A stretch of 64,000 nucleotides of DNA from the human T2T-CHM13v2.0 reference genome, Homo sapiens: the NCBI RefSeq assembly GCF_009914755.1, contig NC_060930.1. One strand, 5' to 3'. Below, piece by piece: positions 52,819-64,000 of the stretch. Numbering within the stretch: the first letter of the stretch is position 1; every line of letters starts with the position of its first letter. Below the pieces are notes generated by a model, which ran no database searches, was not told the origin of the DNA, and saw only the letters and a list, made by a program, of their open reading frames with translations. A program made the translations under genes and the position numbers.

Positions 52819-53799
52819 ATGTGTCAATATTTTCTTATTCTTTTTCTGTGTCCCCTGACTTTCCTCCAGGCCATATGTGGCTCCCTAGTGGTGTAAATTT
52901 CGTATTAAAGTACATGTATGTATATGTGTATGTATTCATCTAGATTGCCAAATCATCCTGAGATTTTGTGACAGCATGTCACTGAGAAAAAATATTAAAT
53001 TCTCATACACTATGTTCCAAGTGGGCTCAGATATTGATGAGAGATGACCAGTAGGCTTCTAAGCTCAAGAGAGACCCAACTGGTATAGTATTGCCTTTAC
53101 CTACAGGAGACAGTAGGGTAGAGAAGGTGACAGTTTTGAGAACATTCTAGGTAAGGGCTGTTTTCTCTTGGAAAGCTTGATGTGGACATCAGTGTCTTAC
53201 CTGGAGGGAATATACTTTTATACAGTATAAACCTGGTCCCTGGTCCTGCTCTGGAGATTTCTAAAGCCAGCAAGTATACAGAAATATCCCATATGATTTA
53301 GGGCGTAAATGGATCAAAGTTCAGTGTGATTAGGAGTGAGAAGGTATAATTTCCCCCTTCCCAGTTCACTCTTAGAGGTTGGAAATAGGCCTAGACATTC
53401 TCCTTGCCTTTATGTTGTGTAGCATGACAGTTAGGGGAACGGTTGGTGTCACAGTTGAGCTAAGGAAGCATGTCAGTCAAACAATCTCATTGACAACTCC
53501 CATGAGATACTAAGGGAACTAAGAGGACATAGTTGAGCCTTGTAAGGCCCCCCAACACAAACGAAATTTGCTGAAGCTCAGAATGCCCATGAGAAATACC
53601 AATACTTCCATTCTAAGTTACTCTATGCCCTCATCAACGTACTTATTCTATGCTTGTAGAATGCTTTAGATAAACTGATTAGCTAATAAATATTTCAAAA
53701 TAAAGCATATAAACAGAATTTCCACCAATAAAAATTTTTATTATATAAGGAATACAGGAATTTAAGATGCTGTGACTGGAGATAGGAAATTAAACTGAT

Positions 53800-54020
53800 T
53801 CTTTTATTTAGCATTGATTTTGTGGCAAGCAATACACTCAGCATCTTACATGTAATAAATTGTTTAACTCTATAAAATAAATATTACTATTGCAATTTAT
53901 TAGATGAGAAAGTGATTCTCAGATTGCTGAACTAATTTGTCCAAGATCTCACAAAAACTTATTGGCCAGAAACAAACCTATGTGTGTCTTTCTAAGCAAT
54001 TGAAATGCTTTTGTCATGAT
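53800..54020 (-). mobile_element. MIR
   Basis: tagatgagaaagtgattctcaga ... aactaatttgtccaagatctcaca. Confidence 0.6.
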
Positions 54021-54339
54021 ATGCTTCAGCAAGAAGAACATTTTCATCACAGGACCTTTTTATGCATCACATTGTGGGTTTTCTTATCCACCAATTTAGA
54101 AAATTGCCATTACTTTTAAGACCTATTCTCATGACATCTTAGTATTCCTGGATTAGAAATGCATATATTTTAAGGATTTTTATATTTTGATTATGTGCTA
54201 TTTTAACAAGTTTTTAAATATATACATTCTCAATATATGTGCCTCTACTTATTTATAAGTTATATGTAATAATAATTTAACACTAGCTAAACAAGCCATA
54301 TAATGTTGTATTTACTTTATAAGTTAATACTTTATAAGT

Positions 54340-54520
54340 ATTAACTCATTTAATCATTGCATTATCCATGAAGCAATTACAGGTACTATTACCATTCTTA
54401 CTTTAAAAATAAGGCACAGAAAAGTAACTTTGCCAAACTGCCTTACTTAGTAAGGGATGGAGGGAGGATTTAGACCTAAGTGGTCAGGCTCTAGGGGAAT
54501 ATCTTTGACCACTTTAAAGC
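54340..54520 (-). mobile_element. MIR
   Basis: aactcatttaatc ... aggtactattaccatt ... ggcacagaaaagtaactt ... ggatttagacctaag. Confidence 0.65.
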
Positions 54521-57500
54521 AGTATTTCCTCTATGTATTTTTCTATGATAATTTTGTATAAATATTATAAAATGTGTAAAAAATAGAAAATTAAAAATAA
54601 TAAAATATAAATATGAAAACACCTTTGTTACATGTTATAAACTTGAATGGATCATCTTATACACCCCCTTTGGAAAATACTGGTTTATTTTCTAAATAAT
54701 TGATTTCATCTTGACTTTACTAACAGTGATGCTATCTTCAGATATATTTTGGGAAGAGGATTTTATTCTTTTACAAAACAAGCAAGAGAAGAATAGGAGT
54801 TTTATTCCCTCAAAAGGTTTTGTTGACTAGACCCCAAAGATCATCTTTGGAATAAGAAAGAAGAGAACATATGGAAATCAGTAGCAAACTATCAAAAGAA
54901 TGATATCATGGAAGCAGTAAGCAGAGTTTAGAAAACATCTGTGTTTTTATCTGATATGTCTATATAATAAACATGTTTTTTAGGAGATAGTTGGGTGTGC
55001 GGGAGTGATTATATCTTCATTGTCTCACTGATTAGAAAAAGTATCCTCACCTTCTGAAGAAACGTTTTACCATTAGAAACAGAAACTTAAAAAAGAAAAA
55101 GGACTACTTAAATATTTGTCTATGTTAAATGCAACAAGCCATAGCATCATATATCCAGAAAGGATTGTTTCATTTAGTTTAATGAAATTCATACCCAAAT
55201 ATATATTTTTGTATAATAAACTACTGGATTCCTGCTATTTGTCCAATTTTTATTTTTGGCAAAACATGAGTTTTAGCTTCATTGTGCATTTCCCTGTGAG
55301 TTTTCCCAGCCACAAGTAGACAGGTAATTCATATGTCTCAGTGGGAGTGTTTTGGAGCATGTTTCATGTGCAATTTCAGAGAAAAGGAGGCAAATGAGAT
55401 AAGCAGGAGAGATCCCAGGAGCTAACTCTTCCTAGGCAGAAGCTCCATTTAAAAGGCATAAAATTATAATAAAAATTAAAAGTGCACCAAGTGCATAGAA
55501 GCAATGTTTGTGGTTAGAGTAAAAGAAAATCAATTTAATCAATCTTTTTCATAAGAATTATATTATTTATTATAGAAACGACAGTGAATCATTTTGGTGG
55601 TGGAATTGAGCTAGTAGGCAAATGTCAACATGGAATTGCCAATTTAAATCATCAACCTCGGTTCCAATATCCTTCATCCTGAAAACAGTTTAAACCAAAG
55701 TAATAAACAAACAGAAGGGAGACTATTCAGTTATAAATACTTTGACTCAGCAGATTAAGAATACTTAAAATCTACCCTCCAAAGATGTAGAATATGTGTT
55801 TTCCTACTCTTCAAAAAATCACTTTTATGCAGTTTTGTTTGTTTATAATCATATCACAATTTCTAAACATAAGAGTTACTCTGAAGAGGGCCATCCTGTA
55901 AAATTTGTGCATTTTCCAGATTTTTATAAAATAACTTGAAATTTAAATCTACTCAGCATATTTTCAAATATACCTAAGCACACAAGGCTTAACATAAAAT
56001 TATATTTTCCGTGGAAAGGCTCAGAAGTCACTATCTCCCAGAAAAGAAATATATACTAAGAAGAAGTGTAATTATTAACAAGTGAATATTTTAAATTTAA
56101 TATATATTATGGTGAATAGTGTGAATCTAGTCTTCAAGAAAACTTAGAATCTACCCTATTCAATTAAATATATCTCCATGTTAACTACTCCCATAGCCAA
56201 ACTAAACTAAATATATTCCCATTGTGTCAGTAAATGCTACATTTTGTCAGAGAAAAAATAATACTAAAATCATATTATGATCTTCTGTCAAGCCAAGACC
56301 CCAACACTTACATTTTTTTTTATATTTTGAATTGAGAGTTACAATATTTCTATTTAATTCAGAAGGATAAGCTCTAGAAACTCTCCTATCACACAAAATA
56401 TTTCGTTCTCCCAGTTGTAGATAGCATATAAACAAGAAAATATGAATTAGAACTTGATCCGGTCTTTAGCCTTATGAAAGCTAAAGGCAATATTTTATAT
56501 AAAAATGTTTTTACTCAGAATTTTCATGGAATAATTATAATATTTATAATATTTTAAAAAACATAAAGCAACCCTAAATGTGGGAAATGTATATATAAAA
56601 CATAATCTAAATATTTCTTAGGACCTACTACATAGAAGGCTTTGAGGAGAGTTTCAACGTTTGGATCCTCTCCACAAAAGAATTCACATTTGCTTTGATT
56701 CTGTGTTTCATATATAATTTTCCAAATGCTATTTGCATATTGACACATTCAAAGTTGAAAACTCTTAATTGGATTATTTTAAGGAGTACAAGGTCAATTC
56801 CCAATGCTATGACATTACATTATAAATGCCTTAGTGCAAAAAATCTTCCTTCTTGTGTTTCCTTTTTGTGCTTCGAACTGTCACATATACCTTTGAATTT
56901 ACTATCTTCTTCTTACAGAAATCTAATGCATTATTAATATAAAAATCCAACAGAAGACAAGCTCCATTTAGGTTACAAATATTTATCACATGTTTAATAA
57001 GTGCAAGGCAATATTTAACAGCACTAGAATCATTTAGTCATGGCATGATGCCTTATTAAGTAACCTTTATGTACTCCTAGTTCAATAAATATTGGTTGCA
57101 AACATACATTTGTTTATTTTCTAGAGCATAGCCACTCTTACCTAGCAAATGTTCTGTACTTTGGAAATACAGAGAAACTATGTTTTCTGCCCTCAGTCTA
57201 AACAGATTTTTTCTAATTGCTTCCAAATGTAACCTAGTTTTGGCTCTTCAAATGCCTCATTTTTGTTTTAATCTAATTACTTGAATTTTAAATGCAGCAG
57301 TTTTACCCCTAAATTCTGCCTTAGTAGAATTACATATATAGTAAGGTAAATTTATAATAGGACTGCTAATATTTCATTATTGTTAAATCTGTTTTCAGAT
57401 ATTGTCACTTTACCATTTTGCTATTCTTTTACCTTTTATTTTTCTTCTTTCAGGTTAGAAGAGTTAGAGAGATACTAGTAAATAGGGCCCCTTGCCTATA

Positions 57501-59069
57501 AAAACAATTTATATCACCACAAATTAGTATGTGCAATACTTGGAAAGAAGTACCACATTGAAAAACAGGAGCAGTTTGCCGCTAAGCTACACTTCTGGAA
57601 CCAGCCTGACTACAATGTTTCAGGAAAAACCAATTTCTGGATCCCAGAACTTCCAGGGACATCTAGTCACCTCCACAAGCAGACAGAGTCTGGTGTGAGG
57701 TAGAGGTTTCCAGAGTACCCTGAAGGGTCCAAGTCAGGACATGAGAAGACTTGCTCATACCATTTTGTCTGTAATCACAGATCCAGAACACTAGAAGGGA
57801 TCTTAAAAATGTCTCAGAAAGCACACTAAGGCGCAGGAGTCCACTGAGAATAGGGGCCTGGAATACAGGCACAGCTCACTAGATTATACTTTTATGGAAG
57901 CCACCACCCCTAAAACGTTTTTTTTTCCTATTTAGTTGCTTTAACAACCTCCTTTCATTTAAAATACAGTTAGTTAAGTGACTAAATCACAAGAATATAG
58001 TTCTCTAACTTCTCTACTCTTTCATCATTATAATTAGTACTGAACAGCTTTTATTTTAACTTGAGTATTAGCTCTGAACTTCAGGTCAAAGAGGTTTTTT
58101 CCCTAAAGCACTGAAATATAATATGAACAGATGGGAAGTGAGAAATTTTTAACAAAGTTAAAATATCGTTCTTATAACTGTACTGCTTTTATTAACCTTA
58201 CATATTTCCCTTCTTTGAAAAATATTCCAAAATATTCATGGATAACCCTGAGCTTCAATTGTCACAGGGCTAATTTTAGCCAAAATTATGAAATATTAGT
58301 TATTAAAACCACCCATATTAAGTATAATATATGCTCAGACACTCTACTAGGTGTTTGGATAGCAAATGACTTTCATTTTCATAGCTCATTGTACTCTTTA
58401 TATACCCATCTTTATTAATTGATCTCCTCTTTTAACAAATATTTAGTGCTTCTCACATGCCACACACTGATCTAAATCCTGGATACATACCACAAAACAA
58501 AATAGAGAAAGAAATCATGTACACTCACTTCTATTGCAGCTCATTTGACCTACCTTACCCATACTCAAAGTATTCTAAACTAACCAAAGGCAATTTTGCT
58601 TCCTAAGTTCAAATCTCCTCATTTTACCAAATGGACTCTCTCCATGCCTTCTCCCATCCACATGGGCCTCATTTTTCTGTTTTCTTTCCTTGTCATGAAG
58701 CTTATCTATATTTGGTCAGAAATTCTTATCCTAGAAAACCTCTTATTTAGTATATCTAGTAAGGTATTATGTTGCCTCATCTTCCTAGTACCATGTATTT
58801 ATTTTAACCTTCACCTCTTGAAGATAGCTTTACTGCAATTCTTGCTTAACCTAGAGGAGTGATGTCTATCATGTCGTACTGTACAGATCATTCCAGTTAA
58901 GAAAGAAAGCAAATTAATGGAAAACTACCAAAAGAGCTGGTTGTGTTCTTAAGGGGCCTCGTGGCTACCCTTATGTAAGATTTAACTTTGTCTGAGGTCT
59001 AAGCCCTGAATCTTTTCTGAGGGAGTGGTACTTAGAAAAGAAACAGGTCAGTTTTCTTATATTTGCCTT

Positions 59070-60330
59070 CTGTTGCCTTTTTTACTCTCTTGTATATTAA
59101 ATTGATGTTTTCTATGAATAGCTTAAATGCTATAAAACATTCAATTTACAGTTAAATTAATTTTAACAAAGATGTATACCATTACAGGTAAATCTTCCCA
59201 CACCCCCTTGACCTAGACAACCCTTGATTTTCTTTCTGTCATTTCATATTCAGTGTATCTTTGCTAGAGTTTTAAAAAATAGTACTTTTTTAAATGTTTT
59301 GCTTCTTTATTATGTTTTTGAGATTAATTCATTCGTATTATATTTATCAATGGTATGTTCCTTCATATCACTAAATGGTAAATACAGATAAATGTATAAT
59401 AAATTATTTACTCATTCATTTGTTGATGAATTTGTGGGTTAATTCCAGTTTGGGTTTATCGAAACAAAGCTGGAGCTGGTATGGCATTTCTATTCAAGTC
59501 CCTGTTTAGGCTTATCTATGAATAGAATTGCTGCCAATATATAATAAATGAATATCTAACTATTTAAGATACTATCAGACTGTTTTCCAAAGTATAGATC
59601 TCATTTTACATTCCTGAAAGCAATGAATGAGAATTTGGTATGGCTCTCTATTCTGGTCAACAATTGGTATTAACAATTTTTTATTAGTTTTAGTCATTAA
59701 TATTTGTTTAAAATCTTGTGGTTTTATTTTATTTTTTGACTTGAGAACTTGATATTGAGTATTTCATCCTGCACTTATTGACCACTCATATATTTCCTTG
59801 AACAAAAAGATTTGTAAATAATACAAATGTTAAATTGTTAATAATATATTTATAGAAACATACATGTATATATGCAATTATAGATAATATAGTTGTAATA
59901 CATTATATGTATAATATTTACAAATCAATGTCAAACAATCTATATATATGGACTTGCATATATATACAAATATGTAAGTTCTTTATAGATATATAGACTG
60001 TATTTTCTCCCATTCTGCAGCTTGCCCTTTACTTTTTAAATGATATAATTTTAAAACAAAAATGTCTCTGATTAAATACAATTTATCTATTTTTTTAAAT
60101 GGCTTGCGCATTTTGTGCTCTAAGAAACTCTTTATCAAACTTTACAAAATTTATCCTCCTGTGTTTTTTTAGATAATATATTATTTTAGCTTATAGGTTT
60201 AAGTCTGAGGTCTATTTCAAATGATATGAGATAGTAGTAAAGTTATTTAAAGTTTTTTTTTTCCATTTGGATATCACCTAACTGCGTCTGCAACATTTGT
60301 TCAAAAGACTATCTCCCCAACCCTCTTGTA
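59070..60330 (-). mobile_element. Old L1M 3' region
   Basis: tactatcagactgttttccaaagt, ttttacattcctgaaagcaatgaatgaga, attttctcccattctgcagcttgccc. Confidence 0.7.
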
Positions 60331-60334
60331 AATA

Positions 60335-60623
60335 TACTTTATTTTTTAGAGTAGTTTAGTTTCATAGCAAAATAGATCAGAAAGTGCTGGGAGTTTCTAT
60401 AGATTCCCTGTCCCCCCTCTCTGCCCCTTTCTCCACTATCAACCCCCCAGACTAGAGTGGTATATTTGCTACAATTGATGAAAATACGGGAGAGGAGAGG
60501 GATAGCATTAGGAGATATACCTAATGCTAAATGACGAGTTAATGGGTGCAGCACACCAACATGGCACATGTATACATATGTAACAAACCTGCACATTGTG
60601 CACATGTACCCTAAAACTTAAAG

Positions 60624-60656
<33 letters not shown>

Positions 60657-63600
60657 GAAAAGAAAATACGTTGTAACATCATTACCATCTAAAGTGCATA
60701 GTTCACATTAGGATTTACTCTTGGTGTTACGCATTATGTAAAATGACATGTATCCACCTCTACACTATCATAAAAAGTAGTTTCACTGCTGTGAAAATCT
60801 TCTGTGCTTCACCTATTCCTATCTCCCCACTAACTCTTAGCAGCCACAGATAGTTTTACTGACTTCATAGTTTTGCCTTTGCCAGAATGTCATAAAGTTG
60901 CAGTCATGCAGTATGCGGGGTTTTCACTAAATAGTAGAAATTTAAGGTTTACTTTACTAAGTTGTAGCCATTTATAATTCTCCTATATTTGCTGAAGGAC
61001 ATCTTGGATGCTTCAACGTTTAGCCAATTATAAATAAATCTGTTTATAAATATTCCTGTGCGTCTTTTTTTTGTGAACTTAAGTTATTAACTTATTTGAC
61101 TAAATACCAACAAACGTGATTTCTGCGTCATATGATAAGAGTATGTTTAGTTTTGTAAAAAATTACCAAACTGTTTTCCAAAGTGACTACAATTTGTGTT
61201 CCTGCCAGCAATGAATGAGCGTCCCTGTTGCTACACATCCTCTCTAGCATTTGGTGTAGTGTTCTAGACTTTGGCCATTTTAATAGGTGTGTGTAGTGGT
61301 AGTTCATTGTTTTAATTTGCATTTCCCTAATGGCATATGCTGTGGAACATCTTTTCATGTGCTTATTTGCTATCTGTATATCTTCTTTGATGAAATGTCT
61401 GTTCAGGTCTTTTGCCAATTTTTATTTGCATTGTTCACTTCTTGATTGTTGAGTTTTAATAGTTCTTTGTATATTTTGAATAACAGTCTTTTATCAGATA
61501 TATCATTTGCAAATATTTTCTTTTGATCTGTCACTTGCCTTCTCATTGTTTTCACAGTGAATTTTGCCCAGCTGAAGTTTTTAATTTAATGAACTTTAGC
61601 TTTTCAATTCTTTCTTTCATGGATCATACATTCGATGGTGTATCTAAAAAGTCATTGCCATGCCCAAAGTAATCTAGATTCTCTATTATGCTATCTGCTA
61701 GAAGTTTAATAGTTTGTGTGTTTTATATTTAGATCTACGATCTATTTTAAGTTAAATATTTTTGTGAAGTGTGTAAGGTCTGTGCCTATACACATGTTTC
61801 TTCTATTTGTGTGTGATGCTCCAGTTGCTCTAGCACACTGTTGAAAAAACAATATTTTCTTCATTGTGCTAGTTTTGCTCCTTTGTCAAAGATCCGTTGA
61901 GATATCATGTGAATGTATTTCTGGGCTCTCTATTCTGTTCCACTGACTGAGTTGTCTGTTTTTTCACCAGTAACACACTATTTTATTTATGCAGCTTAAA
62001 AGTAAATTTTTAAGCCATGTAGTATAAATACTCTGACTTTGTTCTCCTCCTTCAATATTAAGTTGTCTGTTCTGTGTCTTTTTGCCTCTCCATATAGATT
62101 TTAGAATTAGCTTGTTAATATCCACAAATACTTGCTGTTTTTTTTTAATTGGAGTCTAAAGACAAAATTGAAAACAACTGAAATCTTGACAATATTGTTT
62201 CTTCCTATCTATGAATAAGGAATATCTTGCCATTTGTGCAGTTCTTTGATTTCTTGTATCAGAGATTTATAGTTTTCCTTGTATAGATTTTTTACACATT
62301 TTATTAAATTTATTCCCAAACATTTTGTTTTTGGGAGTGTTAATGTAAATGATATGTTCTTTGTAATTTCAAACTCTACTTCTTTATTACTAGTATATAG
62401 GAAAATGCTGGATTTTCTATATTAATAATATCCTATAACTTGGCTATAGTTGTTTATTTGTTACAGGAGTTCTTTTTTTCAGTTATTCCAGATATTTTAC
62501 ATATATGGTCATGTCATCTGTAAACAAAGACATTTTTATTTCTTCCTTTCAATCTGTATACTTCTCATTTATTTTTCTTCTTTCATTGAATTAACTAGGA
62601 ATTCTTAAGGGATATTGAACAGAAATGGTGAGACACACCATCCTTGCCTTGTCCCCACCCTTACTGAGAATACTTCTGATCTCTCACCATTTAATGTAAT
62701 GTTAGCTGTTAGATCCTCTTTATCAGTTGAGGAAGTTTCCTTCTATTCCTTGTTTGCTGAGAATTGTTGTCATGAATGGATGTTGGATTTAGTGAAATAA
62801 TTTTTCTGAATCTTTCATATCTATTTATATGACCATGTGATTTTTCTTCTTGAGCCTGTTGATGCAATGGATTGTATTAAATGATTTTAAAATTTGAACA
62901 AGTCTTGCATACTTGGGAAAAATATCACTTTGTCATGGCGTATAATTCTTTTCATACATTTTTGGATTAAATTTGCTAATATTTTGTTGAGGATTTTTGC
63001 TTCTATATTCATGAGAGATATTGGTGTATATATTCTCATAATGTCTTTGCCTATTTTTCTATTTAGATAATGCTCTCCTCATCAAATGTGTTAGGAAGTA
63101 TTCCCTCTGCTTTTATCTTCTAAATGTAATTCTAGAGAAATGACATAATTTTTTTCCTTAAACGTTTACAGATGTCACAGGTGAATTCATAGGGCCTGAT
63201 GCTTTTTATTTTGGAAGTTTCTTAATTTTTGATCCAATATCTTAAATAAATATAGATCTATTCAGGCTTTCTATTTCTTGTGTAAGTTTTGGAGGATTGT
63301 GTCTTTATAGGCATCAGTCCATTTCATCTAGTTTAGCAAATCTGTGGTCATATATGTTCATAGTTGTTTTTTTTTTTAATGCCCATAGACTCTGTAATAA
63401 TAGGCCCTCTTTTGTTTCTAATATTAGTAATTTGTGTCCTTTCTCTTTTTTCTTAATTAGTCTGGCTACAGACTTATCAATTATAATAATATTTTCAAAG
63501 AAACCTATTTTGGTTTAGTTGATTTTCCCTATTGCTTTTCTGTTTACAATTGTTTTATTCAATGTCTGCTCAAATTTTTGTTCTTTTTTTCTTCTTTTAC

Positions 63601-64000
63601 TTTGAATTTAATTTGTTCTTTATTTCTAGTTTCCAAAGGTGGTAATTAGATTGTTAATTTTAGATCCTTATTTTGTAATATATGCATTCAATGTTATAAG
63701 TTTCTCTCTAAATACTTCTTTTGCTTCAACCCACAAAATTTGATGTTGTTTTTAAGTTATTATTTGATTTAAACTATTACTGAATTTTTTTCAATTTCTA
63801 CTTAGACCCATGTGTTATTTAGAAGTATGTTGTTTAATTATGTATTTTAGGAATTTACAGTTATTTTGCTGTTACTGATTTCTAGTTTAATTTCACTGTG
63901 ATTTGAGAGCAGACAATGTGTGATTTAGGTGGAGTCTATGTTTATGAATGTTTTATGAACTTGAAAGAACATGTAATTTTTCATTGCTGAATGAAGTAGT
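60335..64000 (-). mobile_element. L1MC1-like element (3'UTR into ORF2), runs off the window
   Basis: actttattttttagagtagt ... agagtggtatatttgctacaattgatgaa ... catagttcacattagg; ORF 61128..61418 is a degenerate ORF2 C-terminus. Confidence 0.82.
60489..60661 (+). mobile_element. 5'-truncated L1PA4-like 3' end with (AAT)n tail, inserted in L1MC1
   Basis: gggatagcattaggagatatacctaatgctaaatgacgagttaatggg; TSD gaaaatacg at 60480-60488 and 60662-60670. Confidence 0.93.

Overview
AT-rich, gene-poor primate genomic DNA, probably human or an African ape given an AluYa5-like insertion. No protein-coding exon, RNA gene or CRISPR array can be supported. The window is dominated by transposons. There are three near-full-length young L1PA3/PA4-class LINE-1s: L1-A 1131-7294 (+), L1-B 28102-34200 (+) and L1-C 46009-51412 (-, missing its 3' end); all have broken ORFs. 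Also present are three short L1PA 3' fragments, four Alus, MaLR LTRs (MSTA, MLT1A, MLT1C with nested THE1), DNA-transposon fossils (MER2, MER5A, MER53, MER47, Tigger3), L2/MIR and old L1M. The most notable signal is that the three neighbouring L1s, which sit at unrelated target sites, share apparently non-consensus substitutions in a conflicting patchwork (A+B in ORF2, B+C in ORF1/EN, all three at several sites including the same two nonsense codons). This points to local gene conversion, an unlisted subfamily, or assembly chimerism. They also carry three different states of the ZNF93-bound 5'UTR segment. I found no evidence of a new protein-coding system. Family assignments come from recalled consensus sequences, not from a database run.
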